IMG/VR virus record: IMGVR_UViG_3300045988_114753
Strand: one strand, 5' to 3'
Length of the DNA stretch: 64,000 nt
Source: a virus
Shown: piece after piece, positions 17,409 through 26,786 of the stretch
Position numbering within the stretch: the first letter of the stretch is position 1
Layout: each line of letters starts with the position of its first letter
Position numbers and translations under genes: made by a program
The notes under the pieces: generated by a model
The model's database searches: none
What the model was told of the DNA's origin: nothing
Seen by the model: only the letters and a program-made list of their open reading frames with translations

Positions 17409-18965
17409 TTAAAAGTTTACCTCCATTTTTCTACATTTTGCAAAATCTCTTAATGCTTGTTGTTCTTTTTCAGTAGGCTTTCTATTATGTAGTCCTCTAA
17501 CTTGTACTATTGTATTATGTCTTACCTCAAAAGTAATTAAACTTTCTTCTTTATTTGTTCTTAAGAAGTATATTAAACACTCCCCGTCAATAACTCTCTT
17601 AATATAACTTGCTACACAATGATTAAGTCTATCTCCCTCTTTCTTAAGGTCGTTGCTATTCTTTGGTGCTACTACATAGTACATTTTGCCCTTATATTCT
17701 TTAAAATCTTTGTATCTGCTTGTAAATGTTTCTTCTTTTTCCTTTTCTACTATTACTTTATGATTTCTGCTTGTTATATCGTGTGTTTGTTTTAAATAAC
17801 TTGAATATAATGTCGGCTTAATATCGTCCGTAGTACACATATTAAGATAATCTCTTAATTCAACCACAAAGTCGTTAATACTATTATACCCTTGATTGAT
17901 TGTTTCATTGATTACATAATTTGCGAACTTTCCAAATGAATAATTATCTCTAAACACTTGCTCGTGTGTATAACTAGTCAACATAGTGGCTAAAAGACTA
18001 TCGTTTCTGTTATAATAATAACCACTCCTATAAAACTCTATATTATAAAATCTTAAATCTTCTTCATAATGTTTCATTTCGTCAATAAGTTCAAACCACT
18101 CGTTTTCAGTTTTATGTAGATTATACTTTTCGTTATTTTCTCCACTAATAAAGTTTCTATTGTCAAATAACATTTTAATATCTCCTCGCTCAACGGCTTT
18201 GTCGTATGTTTCTTGTGATACACCTATAATTTTATTAATAGGTAGTGGCTTATCTACTTCTAATTTCAATAAATCGTCCACTATTTCTTTTGGAGAAGTT
18301 TTTAAAATTATTTCAAAAGACTTATTTACTGCATATCTTCTTCTTAATTCTTCTAGGTCAAGACTTCCCTCGTAGTTTACACCAAATAATGTATTGATAA
18401 ACTCTTTACTATCTACTCTTTGAAGAGAGTGTGTTATATTCCAATCAATACTATCTCTAGTAGTAGTTTCTTCTTTTTCTACTTCAAACACGGCTTGTTT
18501 GTTTTCAAAAAAACTAATTACATTTTCTTCTAACAACTTCAAATTAATTCTAGTATTATCTCTATTAATATTATATTTATATTTTTTTATAACAATACTT
18601 GCTAATTGAAAACTATAACCAACCACAACACAAAGTGTATCACTCTTGTTATAGATTGTATACACCACTTCGTCGCCTTGTAATTCGTCAAGTGCTAAAC
18701 CAGTTGCCAAATCAAAATATGTCCCATTTGTTCTGCCGTCATACTTAACAACTACTTTACTTGAAAGTGGTACAAAATTATTTGTATAAACATTTTCCAC
18801 TTCCTTATGTAATTCGTCGGTCTTCAATTCTAAATCTTTTTGTAGTTTATTTATTTGTCTTTTGATTTCTTTTATTTTATCGTCGTTATTTGTAGAACTA
18901 TTACCAATTAAACTTGTTAGGTCGTGTTCCTCTGCTTTAAAATATTCCTTTATATAATTTACCAT
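17409..18965 (-). CDS. PcfJ-like domain protein
   Basis: C-terminal LKKEGDRLNHCVASYIKRVIDGECLIYFLR...VRGLHNR matches my recollection of the PcfJ-like EG-x-x-hNHCV-x-x-Y signature. The N-terminal ~400 aa are unassigned. Confidence 0.55.
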   Translation of the reverse strand: MVNYIKEYFKAEEHDLTSLIGNSSTNNDDKIKEIKRQINKLQKDLELKTDELHKEVENVYTNNFVPLSSKVVVKYDGRTNGTYFDLATGLALDELQGDEVVYTIYNKSDTLCVVVGYSFQLASIVIKKYKYNINRDNTRINLKLLEENVISFFENKQAVFEVEKEETTTRDSIDWNITHSLQRVDSKEFINTLFGVNYEGSLDLEELRRRYAVNKSFEIILKTSPKEIVDDLLKLEVDKPLPINKIIGVSQETYDKAVERGDIKMLFDNRNFISGENNEKYNLHKTENEWFELIDEMKHYEEDLRFYNIEFYRSGYYYNRNDSLLATMLTSYTHEQVFRDNYSFGKFANYVINETINQGYNSINDFVVELRDYLNMCTTDDIKPTLYSSYLKQTHDITSRNHKVIVEKEKEETFTSRYKDFKEYKGKMYYVVAPKNSNDLKKEGDRLNHCVASYIKRVIDGECLIYFLRTNKEESLITFEVRHNTIVQVRGLHNRKPTEKEQQALRDFAKCRKMEVNF

Positions 18966-18976
18966 AATACTCCTCC

Positions 18977-19525
18977 TTATAATAATTCTTTATTTTCCTT
19001 AATATCTATTATTTTAAAATTACGACAACCACAATTTCTATGAACTCTAGTGTTATGTTTATAAGATAAGAATACCTCTCTTGTCATTCTATATCTATAC
19101 CATTCACACCCACATTTTTCACAAACTATTTTATACTTATAAGAACTTTCTCGGTGGTCGCTTGTAGGTCTAACCTCATTTGCTCTTGCATAAATGTTAT
19201 CAATGCTCGTTGTTCTTGTGATGTGATAATCAGTTCTATTATTTACATATCCTGCATAATATTGCCACTTTGCCTTATGCCCTATCGTGTCTTTAAAAGT
19301 ATGCAATATTTCGTGAATGATTGTATTTTTAATATCGTGGTCTAAACCTATTTCTAATAACCAACTAGATATATTAATATCTCTTTTATCAACACATTGT
19401 CCTAGTCTATTCTTTGCTTTATAGTTAATTGTAAAATGAAGATTTTTTGGTATCATTTTACCTAGTCCAATATCTTCTAATTCTTTTATACTTTCTTTAC
19501 TTAATCTTATCAACTTTTCGTTCAT
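18977..19525 (-). CDS. SprT-like zinc metalloprotease with C-terminal zinc ribbon
   Basis: HExxH motif (IIHEILHTF) followed by GH. The C-terminus has CEKCGC...CGC. Confidence 0.65.
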   Translation of the reverse strand: MNEKLIRLSKESIKELEDIGLGKMIPKNLHFTINYKAKNRLGQCVDKRDINISSWLLEIGLDHDIKNTIIHEILHTFKDTIGHKAKWQYYAGYVNNRTDYHITRTTSIDNIYARANEVRPTSDHRESSYKYKIVCEKCGCEWYRYRMTREVFLSYKHNTRVHRNCGCRNFKIIDIKENKELL

Positions 19526-19539
19526 AATTGTTCTTCCTC

Positions 19540-19588
19540 CTCTTTACACTTATATTATAACATATAATTTAAAAAGTAGGGAAGTAAA
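19540..19588 (-). promoter_or_regulatory. phage promoter repeat, copy G
   Basis: - strand reads TTTACTTCCCTAC-N13-TGTTATAAT-ATAAGTGTAAAGAGGAGG. Confidence 0.6.
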
Positions 19589-19589
19589 T

Positions 19590-19838
19590 TTAACTAATTA
19601 AGATAAATTTTTCATTTTCTTTAACACTACTACCAATGTTTTCATTAATTAAATCTACTATCATAGTGTTTTCTTCTTCGCCGTCGTTTTCAACAAGTTC
19701 ACAATACCAAGCATTATGTACTCCATTTAATTCGTCGTCGTTTCCTAAAAATACTCTTATTTTAGATAAATCTAACCCTTGTTCTTCTAATTTTAGTGCC
19801 ACTTCTAATATGCTTTGCATAGTTAATTGTGTATTCAT
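19590..19838 (-). CDS. hypothetical acidic protein
   Basis: 82 aa ORF from the track. Confidence 0.7.
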   Translation of the reverse strand: MNTQLTMQSILEVALKLEEQGLDLSKIRVFLGNDDELNGVHNAWYCELVENDGEEENTMIVDLINENIGSSVKENEKFILIS

Positions 19839-20008
19839 TATTTTTCCTCCTTTACATTTAATACAAACACTTGTTCGCTATCGTTCAAATCAATATATAA
19901 TTCGTTTTTATCGGTCAAATAAATACTTGCTCCGTTTTCGTATGCTAATTCCTCAATATGTTCTGCTATAATCTCGTATAAATTATTCATTAATTGTTCT
20001 TTTGTCAT
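19838..20008 (-). CDS. possible 56 aa acidic protein
   Basis: Not in the track. TAATG junctions at both ends (20008 and 19838). Fills the 19839-20007 gap. Confidence 0.45.
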   Translation of the reverse strand: MTKEQLMNNLYEIIAEHIEELAYENGASIYLTDKNELYIDLNDSEQVFVLNVKEEK

Positions 20009-20247
20009 TATATTACACCTCTATTCTTTAAACCCTCGTATGCACTATATTCGTGCTTTGAAATAGGTTTTACAACCATATATAAAGTAGTACATTGCTC
20101 TAATATAATATAATCAATTATTCTATATGCCTTACCATTTAATTCTAATGTTGCTCCTATCGGTGCTAATGAAATAGATTGCATACTTCCTACTTTTGTA
20201 TAATTTACATTTTCATATATTAATATCTGCATATTACCATTATACAT
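20008..20247 (-). CDS. hypothetical protein
   Basis: 79 aa ORF from the track. Confidence 0.65.
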   Translation of the reverse strand: MYNGNMQILIYENVNYTKVGSMQSISLAPIGATLELNGKAYRIIDYIILEQCTTLYMVVKPISKHEYSAYEGLKNRGVI

Positions 20248-20249
20248 AA

Positions 20250-20567
20250 TTATTCTCCTTTACATAGTGGTATATGATTTACCACCTTAAAATTGTGTGC
20301 TTGAAATTTTTTATTTATATTAAAATCAATATCTTTCATAAGTTGCATTAATTCTTCCATACTTTCCAAAACATTATTTTCCTTTTTAAAATCATATACA
20401 CAACTATATAAATTACTATAATCGTGTTCCCTTTCTCCACTCATATATTCTGCATAACTCATTTTTATTGCTTTATCTCTACAATTTGATAGTTTATAAT
20501 ATAAATCATTATATTCTTCACTACAATATTTTTCTACTAATTCTAATCTTTTTAATAAATCTTCCAT
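20250..20567 (-). CDS. hypothetical protein
   Basis: 105 aa ORF from the track. Confidence 0.7.
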   Translation of the reverse strand: MEDLLKRLELVEKYCSEEYNDLYYKLSNCRDKAIKMSYAEYMSGEREHDYSNLYSCVYDFKKENNVLESMEELMQLMKDIDFNINKKFQAHNFKVVNHIPLCKGE

Positions 20568-20570
20568 AAT

Positions 20571-20903
20571 TTACTCTCCCTCATTATCACTAAACATATC
20601 TAAAAAGTCTAGTGCTTGATAATTTCCAAAATCAGTTAATTCTCTCAATTTGTCATAATAATCAAAATTGTCCTCTTTTTGTGATAATTCGTCTAGTGCT
20701 TTAATTAAACCATTTTCAAGTTTTTTAACATAATCTATATTCAACTCGTGTACTAATTCCATTTCACTCTCGTTGCCAATTTGATTAATTATATCTAGTG
20801 GTGCAATTATCTTATCAAAACATTTTTGCATTGTTTTTTCTTTAACTTTGAATAGATTTCCACCTCTATCAATAACTATTACATAAGGCTCTTCGTTAAA
20901 CAT
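20571..20903 (-). CDS. hypothetical protein
   Basis: 110 aa ORF from the track. Confidence 0.7.
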   Translation of the reverse strand: MFNEEPYVIVIDRGGNLFKVKEKTMQKCFDKIIAPLDIINQIGNESEMELVHELNIDYVKKLENGLIKALDELSQKEDNFDYYDKLRELTDFGNYQALDFLDMFSDNEGE

Positions 20904-20904
20904 A

Positions 20905-21168
20905 TTATTTACCTCCTTTGGCTAATTTTTCTAACTTTTCAGTATCAAACATTATGTTTTTGAATAAAACATTTTCTTTTGTTTTTTTAGTATCTACAAT
21001 ATCAAGATAATCGCTCTTTGATATATCAGTATTACTTTCAAGGTCAAGTATATGTTTATCTCCATTATCTTTTTCAATAATCATAACTCCCTCTTTATTT
21101 CCATAACCTTGTTCGTGGTGTTTATTTACTATTACCACATTTGTTTTTATTTTAACTTCTTTAATCAT
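20905..21168 (-). CDS. hypothetical protein
   Basis: The track start at 21201 is a GTG with no RBS. The ATG at 21168 lies downstream of AAGGAGGAG and is preferred. Confidence 0.6.
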   Translation of the reverse strand: MIKEVKIKTNVVIVNKHHEQGYGNKEGVMIIEKDNGDKHILDLESNTDISKSDYLDIVDTKKTKENVLFKNIMFDTEKLEKLAKGGK

Positions 21169-21263
21169 TTTTGTTTTGCTCCTCCTTTTAATATTTTCCA
21201 CCTTATAGGCTTTAGGAATAGTATTGTAAAAGATTAGGAAAGACTACAACAATACTACTCATA

Positions 21264-21286
21264 AAACCTACAAAATAGGTTTTTTG
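21264..21286 (-). terminator. putative intrinsic terminator (usable on both strands)
   Basis: AAACCTA-N5-TAGGTTT hairpin with T runs on both sides. It follows the stop of 21292-21531. Confidence 0.4.
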
Positions 21287-21291
21287 CCGTG

Positions 21292-21531
21292 TTATAACCA
21301 ACGGCTTTCGCTTTCCTTTAGTCCTACAACATAACCATAATCGTTGTCTTTAACCACAAAGGAATTTTCTTTTATTCTAACCAAGAACTCCGTGTTTTCT
21401 TTGTTAATTTTATTATGTCTTTTAACTAACTTTGTTAGTCTTTTGCAAGTTCTTTTATATTCTCTTCTGCTTTTTATTTCCTTGCTATCTAATAATTTTA
21501 GTGTGTTTACACTTCTTATTTCCATTATCAT
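21292..21531 (-). CDS. hypothetical basic protein
   Basis: 79 aa ORF. GGAGG lies 7 nt upstream of the ATG. Confidence 0.7.
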   Translation of the reverse strand: MIMEIRSVNTLKLLDSKEIKSRREYKRTCKRLTKLVKRHNKINKENTEFLVRIKENSFVVKDNDYGYVVGLKESESRWL

Positions 21532-21540
21532 AATATTTCC

Positions 21541-21588
21541 TCCATTACATATTAATTATACCATACAATTTCGTAAGTAGGGAAGTAA
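21541..21588 (-). promoter_or_regulatory. phage promoter repeat, copy F
   Basis: - strand reads ATTACTTCCCTAC-N13-TGGTATAAT-TAATATGTAATGGAGG. The box abuts the stop codon of 21589-22680. Confidence 0.6.
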
Positions 21589-22680
21589 TTAGAAAGTTCT
21601 AGTAAGCAAATTAGTATCTGCTTTTTCAACCCCAATTAAACCTATTTCGCTACATACTTCGTCGCTTTTGTTATATACATAAGCATAACACTCTTTGTTT
21701 TGTAGGTCTTTTCTATCGGCTTTCCATTCTTCGGTGTTATTGCTAACATAAAGCATACTATATAGATTTCCAAAATTACTTTTTGTATATATAATATGAT
21801 ATACATAAGCATTATAATTTTTTTCAAAATTGTTTATGTCTCTTATTAAGTCCATTTCTCCGTCTTTTACTTCTCTTATGTAGTATCTATCACTCATATA
21901 CAATTTATCACTAAATCGTGGCTCTAAACCTAATAATTCTATTCTCTTTTTACTTTCTGCTATTTGTTCTTTAGTAGGCTTGTATTCTCTTCTAGGGACG
22001 GCTTTTATTTCTACATCTTTACCTATTGTTTCTTTCATACAATATGCTTGTTTGTAATTATCGTATATTTTCATATTTCCCTCAAACACATTATAATAAA
22101 AACTACCTTGTGTGCCTTTTGGTGTAATATTTCCATAAGTTTTGCTATATAAATAATACTTGCCGTCGTGTTTTTCTTCTAAAAATTGCATAAACAACTC
22201 ATAATATTTTTCTAGTACCTCGTGTGTCCTTGCTAATTCTTTGTTATATTCTTCTGCTCTATAATATACTTTACTCTTTCCGTCTTTGCTTTCCCACTCT
22301 AAAACATACTCATAATTGCCACTCTCTATTTCAGTTTGTGTTATAGGTGTATATGTACTACTTATTTGTTCTCCTAAACAATATTCAGTATAGTGCATAG
22401 TAGATAATTCATATAAATCGTATTCACTATATCTCGCTCTTATTTCTTCATTTGTCTTATATAAAGCATAATTCCAATCATAACAACTATCATTTAAAAC
22501 TAAACCTCCACCATTAATTCCTCGTAAAAGTCTTAATTCTTTTTCGTGATAATCTTGTTCGTCTGCTCTAAACTCCCACCTACTATATGTTTTTGGCGTA
22601 CAATTACTACACGCACTTGTTATAAATATTTTACCCTCTTTAGGCTTTAATGTTATATTTTTTACTCTTTCAACACTCAT
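21589..22680 (-). CDS. hypothetical protein (363 aa)
   Basis: Large ORF from the track. No motif recognised. Confidence 0.8.
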   Translation of the reverse strand: MSVERVKNITLKPKEGKIFITSACSNCTPKTYSRWEFRADEQDYHEKELRLLRGINGGGLVLNDSCYDWNYALYKTNEEIRARYSEYDLYELSTMHYTEYCLGEQISSTYTPITQTEIESGNYEYVLEWESKDGKSKVYYRAEEYNKELARTHEVLEKYYELFMQFLEEKHDGKYYLYSKTYGNITPKGTQGSFYYNVFEGNMKIYDNYKQAYCMKETIGKDVEIKAVPRREYKPTKEQIAESKKRIELLGLEPRFSDKLYMSDRYYIREVKDGEMDLIRDINNFEKNYNAYVYHIIYTKSNFGNLYSMLYVSNNTEEWKADRKDLQNKECYAYVYNKSDEVCSEIGLIGVEKADTNLLTRTF

Positions 22681-22682
22681 AA

Positions 22683-23021
22683 CTATATCTCCTTTCTTTT
22701 TCTATTTTCTATTGCTTTATTATGTGCTAAAATTTCTTTTTTACTTCTATCGTTCATTTTATTAATTTTTCTTCTTTTATTTTTATATTCAACTTGTTTA
22801 TCAATATTTTGTTTGTGTGTTATAATAAGTTGTTCTATTATATTATTAAATTGCATATAGTCGTCATAAGTAATTGTCGTTATATCGCCATTAAACCATT
22901 TAACTTTTACCACCTTGTCTTTATTTTTTCCAAAAATTTCTTTGCTATATTTCATTATTAAGTTTTCCATTTTTATTAGTGTATTTATTTTTTCTTTACT
23001 AAAATATAATTGTCTTGCCAT
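22683..23021 (-). CDS. hypothetical protein with basic RSKKEIL-type tail
   Basis: The ATG at 23021 after GAGGTGG is preferred over the track start at 23036. The C-terminal KINKMNDRSKKEILAHNKA resembles the tail of 23712-23954. Confidence 0.7.
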   Translation of the reverse strand: MARQLYFSKEKINTLIKMENLIMKYSKEIFGKNKDKVVKVKWFNGDITTITYDDYMQFNNIIEQLIITHKQNIDKQVEYKNKRRKINKMNDRSKKEILAHNKAIENRKRKEI

Positions 23022-23022
23022 A

Positions 23023-23364
23023 TTATTCCACCTCAACTAAACTATTATATGTTACACCCTCACAATCAGTATAAACATTTTTCTCAACTTTGCATTTTGT
23101 ATCAAAATAATTTTTTTGGTCGTTATAGACTTCCATAACTCTATCATAACCTAATATATCAATATATTCTTCTGCATAAGGCTTGTTATAATATTCACTA
23201 CAAGCATTGATACAAACACTTGTGAAAATGTCTTCCCCATATACCAAGCAACTCATAATCATACTTCTTAAACTTAATTCTTCTAATTCCAATTCTTGCT
23301 CTTTAGTTAATGTTTCTAGTCTTCTTAATGATTGCTCTTGTTTTCTTATTTCTTCTCTATTCAT
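23023..23364 (-). CDS. hypothetical protein
   Basis: 113 aa ORF, the first gene after promoter repeat E. Confidence 0.7.
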   Translation of the reverse strand: MNREEIRKQEQSLRRLETLTKEQELELEELSLRSMIMSCLVYGEDIFTSVCINACSEYYNKPYAEEYIDILGYDRVMEVYNDQKNYFDTKCKVEKNVYTDCEGVTYNSLVEVE

Positions 23365-23379
23365 ATATAGTCCTCCTTT

Positions 23380-23426
23380 GTCTTTACACTTATATTATAA
23401 CATAAGATTTTCCAAGTAGGGAAGTA
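23380..23426 (-). promoter_or_regulatory. phage promoter repeat, copy E
   Basis: - strand reads AATACTTCCCTAC-N13-TGTTATAAT-ATAAGTGTAAAGACAAAGGAGG. Confidence 0.6.
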
Positions 23427-23702
23427 TTATGCAAAATTATCAACAAAATATTTTATATCAATTACTTTATCTTTATCGTCAGTAATATATTCATAATAAT
23501 ATTTTATAATTAGTGGTGGCTTTCCAACCTCTGCTAATTCTATGCTACAAATAAACATATCTAAATCTTCGTCGTATACTTCATTAGCATTGCTTATTTC
23601 GTCCTTATAATCGCAAGTATCTTTACTATACCACCTATTAAAATATTCAGTGGCTTTTTTGCCTATATATTCTCCTAATTTATCATAATCTATATTATAC
23701 AT
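23427..23702 (-). CDS. hypothetical protein
   Basis: 91 aa ORF from the track. Confidence 0.7.
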   Translation of the reverse strand: MYNIDYDKLGEYIGKKATEYFNRWYSKDTCDYKDEISNANEVYDEDLDMFICSIELAEVGKPPLIIKYYYEYITDDKDKVIDIKYFVDNFA

Positions 23703-23711
23703 AATTACCTC

Positions 23712-23954
23712 CTAATTATTTCTTTTGGCTCTTTCGTGTTGTAATATTTCCTTTTTACTTCTAGCATACATTTTATTATATTGTCTTTTGATTGCCACTC
23801 TATTTTTGGCTCTTTCATTTCTTGTTGCCTTTGCTTGTAAAAGTTTGCTATTCAAATTATGAAGTCTTAAATATATGTTAATGTCTTTTTCATTATTCAA
23901 TAAATAGTTTTCTATTTCTAGTAATAACTCTAACTCCTCATTTGATATATTCAT
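23712..23954 (-). CDS. hypothetical protein with basic RSKKEIL-type tail
   Basis: The C-terminal QYNKMYARSKKEILQHERA is paralogous to the tail of 22683-23021. Confidence 0.7.
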   Translation of the reverse strand: MNISNEELELLLEIENYLLNNEKDINIYLRLHNLNSKLLQAKATRNERAKNRVAIKRQYNKMYARSKKEILQHERAKRNN

Positions 23955-23963
23955 AATTACCTC

Positions 23964-24176
23964 CTAATTGATTTTATCGTCTTTAGTCCACCAATCAATA
24001 CTATAACCCATTCCGTGGTCGTAGTTAATGGCTACTATATCGTCGTCATTTAATTCCTTTAATTCTTCTAATAAGTCCTCATATTCTTCTATATCTGCTC
24101 CAGTTGTATTGAAATATTCTATAATTTTCTTAACTTCCCCTAAACACATTTCGCCGTTATCATATATTTCTTGCAT
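23964..24176 (-). CDS. hypothetical acidic protein
   Basis: 70 aa ORF from the track. Confidence 0.65.
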   Translation of the reverse strand: MQEIYDNGEMCLGEVKKIIEYFNTTGADIEEYEDLLEELKELNDDDIVAINYDHGMGYSIDWWTKDDKIN

Positions 24177-24178
24177 TG

Positions 24179-24463
24179 TTATTTTTCCTCCTTAATAACC
24201 TTATTTTGCATATATTCGCCACCATTTCCACTCACTATGTTAATAAGTCCTATATCTCTTAAAAGATTTTCCTTATTTTTAGTGTAAATATCAAATATAC
24301 TTCCCTCAATTTCTCCTCGTTCACAACAATCATTTACATAATTTAAAGTTAAAACATTGTTATATCTTTCTTTTAATTCACTAGGAATAAATGGCTTTAA
24401 ATATTCTAAACCTAGTAAATCGCCTTGACTTATTAATTCATTAAACTTTGCTATATCAAACAT
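24179..24463 (-). CDS. hypothetical protein
   Basis: The ATG at 24463, 7 nt after GGAGG, is preferred over the track start at 24484. Confidence 0.7.
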   Translation of the reverse strand: MFDIAKFNELISQGDLLGLEYLKPFIPSELKERYNNVLTLNYVNDCCERGEIEGSIFDIYTKNKENLLRDIGLINIVSGNGGEYMQNKVIKEEK

Positions 24464-24474
24464 ATTATTACCTC

Positions 24475-25008
24475 CTAATTCCATTTTACAAAAGCAAACA
24501 CTTGTTCTCCTCTATATATTGCATATTTTCCGTGTAGTGTTATTGCTATATTATTGCCACAATCATAGTCATAAATGTTAAAGTCGCCCTCAATAGTTGT
24601 TAAGAAGTCCAAACAACTTAAATGCTCGTTATTTTCTAATATATAAACATAATTAGTGCCGTCCCCGTAAAGATTACCTATATTATACTTAAAATCGCTC
24701 GTTCCTACGGCTAAACTTCCTATGTCGCTTTCAGTTGTAAAGTATTTATCGGCTTTACTTCCTAAATATTCTAAAACTAATCTATCATAAAGTTGTATAT
24801 CTTCTTTTGCTAATTCCCAATAACCTTGATTATCTTTTAGTCGCTTGTCGTTAAGAACTAAATCTTTAAACTCATTTATAGTTTTTGCCTTGTTCCAATA
24901 ATCTTTTATGATTGCTATACTCCCCTTATAATCGTATATGCTCTCATTATTTAAACATCTTTTTGTAAAGTCTTTTATTTTCTTTGTTTCTAAAAATTGT
25001 TTTTCCAT
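24475..25008 (-). CDS. hypothetical protein
   Basis: 177 aa ORF from the track. Confidence 0.75.
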   Translation of the reverse strand: MEKQFLETKKIKDFTKRCLNNESIYDYKGSIAIIKDYWNKAKTINEFKDLVLNDKRLKDNQGYWELAKEDIQLYDRLVLEYLGSKADKYFTTESDIGSLAVGTSDFKYNIGNLYGDGTNYVYILENNEHLSCLDFLTTIEGDFNIYDYDCGNNIAITLHGKYAIYRGEQVFAFVKWN

Positions 25009-25020
25009 AATTACACCACC

Positions 25021-25389
25021 TTAATATATAAATTTTATTGTATAATCTTCATTTAAGAAGTCAAAATATTCTTTTTCTAGTGTTATATCTCCAATTTCAA
25101 AATTACACTCTAAACAAGCAACTTCCCTATAATCTAGTTCGGTTTTTCCTTTTTTCCATATAACTATGTTATCATAATAGTTACTAGTGCCACTTGCTAT
25201 GTCTATTGTTAATACATAGTCTTTGTTAATATCTATTGAAAATAAACCAATATTATCGTCTTGTCGTGCATTTAATTCTTTAATTAGTTTTTGCATTTCT
25301 AAACTATCGTCGTCAAAATTAATATCTTGTAATAATCTATTAATATAATCAATATATTTTTTATCTGCTTTTATTTCTATCGTTTTCAT
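25021..25389 (-). CDS. hypothetical protein
   Basis: 122 aa ORF from the track. Confidence 0.7.
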   Translation of the reverse strand: MKTIEIKADKKYIDYINRLLQDINFDDDSLEMQKLIKELNARQDDNIGLFSIDINKDYVLTIDIASGTSNYYDNIVIWKKGKTELDYREVACLECNFEIGDITLEKEYFDFLNEDYTIKFIY

Positions 25390-25391
25390 AT

Positions 25392-25694
25392 TTACACCTC
25401 GTTATCTATCTTATACTCTTTTAATTCTTTTGTTATAATATTGTCTAAATATTTATTTAAAAAGTTTATATTAAGTGTTTTTGATATACTTCCAAAACCA
25501 TACCAATTACTATATAAGAATATTAAATATTGTTTATCATATTTTTCTATTACCATATCTTTTATAACTTGTTTATCTTTTTCCTTAAGGATTTCTATTA
25601 TGGCTCTAATATAACCATTTAAAGATAGTTTTAATTCAATAGACTTGTTATAGTCAATTTTTTCTACTTGATAAAATGCTTTTAAAATATTCAT
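25392..25694 (-). CDS. hypothetical protein
   Basis: 100 aa ORF from the track. Confidence 0.7.
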   Translation of the reverse strand: MNILKAFYQVEKIDYNKSIELKLSLNGYIRAIIEILKEKDKQVIKDMVIEKYDKQYLIFLYSNWYGFGSISKTLNINFLNKYLDNIITKELKEYKIDNEV

Positions 25695-25706
25695 ATTTAC
25701 ACCTCA

Positions 25707-26078
25707 TTAGTCAAAGTTTCTAGTGCTTATTCTTTCCTTAATTTCCATTAAGTCTTTTATATATTCTTTTTGCTCCCACTCTTTAATAACTTCTGCTTTT
25801 TTATTGGCTAGTAGTCTTGATATGCCGTTATCTTCCTTGTATTCTGTTATGTAAGATTTTTGATTGCTTTCTAAAATATTTGCTAGTAGTTGTCGCATAC
25901 AAGTTTGATAAGTGTAGCACTCCCAAGTTCTATTATAATACCTAACTTTATGGCTTTCTACTTCGCCCCAAGGTGCAATTAATGTGCTTTTATGTCCCCA
26001 AGAGTTGCTAGTTTCCCAATATTCATTTACTATATTATATTCATTTCCACTTTTACATTTAATTTTTTTTATTTCCAT
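25707..26078 (-). CDS. hypothetical protein
   Basis: 123 aa ORF, the first gene after promoter repeat D. Confidence 0.7.
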   Translation of the reverse strand: MEIKKIKCKSGNEYNIVNEYWETSNSWGHKSTLIAPWGEVESHKVRYYNRTWECYTYQTCMRQLLANILESNQKSYITEYKEDNGISRLLANKKAEVIKEWEQKEYIKDLMEIKERISTRNFD

Positions 26079-26090
26079 AATTTTTTCCTC

Positions 26091-26139
26091 CTCTTTACAC
26101 CTATATTATATCATAAGTTTTCCAAATACGGGAAGTAAA
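26091..26139 (-). promoter_or_regulatory. phage promoter repeat, copy D
   Basis: - strand reads TTTACTTCCCGTA-N13-TGATATAAT-ATAGGTGTAAAGAGGAGG. The box is slightly diverged. Confidence 0.55.
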
Positions 26140-26391
26140 TTAATTTTTCCCTTGTTTTAGTTTGTCGTTTATTTCCATTTCTGCTCTTTTGTATAGTTCG
26201 TCTAGGTCGTTATAGTCTATGCTATTATGATATAAGTCAATATCTTTTTGTCCTAACATACTAATATATAAGTGGTCGTCATATAGTCCGTAAGTGTCGC
26301 TACAATCAGCACAAGTCCACCCAATATCTGCATTATATTTTAGTAATAAGTCCTTAAATTCTTTTAAAAATTCTTTTTGTTTTACTGTCAT
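26140..26391 (-). CDS. hypothetical protein
   Basis: 83 aa ORF from the track. Confidence 0.7.
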   Translation of the reverse strand: MTVKQKEFLKEFKDLLLKYNADIGWTCADCSDTYGLYDDHLYISMLGQKDIDLYHNSIDYNDLDELYKRAEMEINDKLKQGKN

Positions 26392-26402
26392 ATTGACACC
26401 TC

Positions 26403-26576
26403 CTAAAATAATTTTTCGCCGTCTATTTCCAAATCTAGGTCATATTGTAGGTTGCTTGTTATAGTTGCCTTAATATAATCTATAAAGTCCTCTAGGCTAT
26501 TAATTCCTAATTCTTCCCTCGTATCTGCTCCTATCTCGTCATAAAGTTGTGTTATATATTCCTTATTTAAAGTCAT
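26403..26576 (-). CDS. possible 57 aa acidic protein
   Basis: Not in the track. ATG at 26576 preceded by GGAGGG. Fills part of the 26392-26786 gap. Confidence 0.45.
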   Translation of the reverse strand: MTLNKEYITQLYDEIGADTREELGINSLEDFIDYIKATITSNLQYDLDLEIDGEKLF

Positions 26577-26642
26577 AATTTTTCCCTCCTAACTTTCAAT
26601 AAACATTACAAGGTCTACTCCGTCCTTGAAGTTTTGGCTTTC

Positions 26643-26768
26643 TTATTCCGTCATAACTTCGTCGTACTCGTCCTCGTCTAATTCCATTAAATCTCTATAT
26701 AATCTACCATAAAGTCCTTGACTACTTGCTAAACTCTTGATTGTTTCCATAATTTCTTCTCTTTTCAT
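26643..26768 (-). CDS. possible 41 aa acidic protein
   Basis: Not in the track. ATG at 26768, with an AGAGGTAAAATT-type RBS region upstream. Confidence 0.35.
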   Translation of the reverse strand: MKREEIMETIKSLASSQGLYGRLYRDLMELDEDEYDEVMTE

Positions 26769-26786
26769 AATTTTACCTCTTTTCCT

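Noticed and set aside
19636-19971. 111 aa + strand ORF
   Set aside because: It is antisense to 19590-19838 and to the small ORF 19838-20008, is Ser/Phe/Leu-rich, has no RBS, and runs against the operon direction.
21642-21827. 61 aa - strand ORF nested in 21589-22680
   Set aside because: It is an alternative frame of a 363 aa gene with no independent signals.
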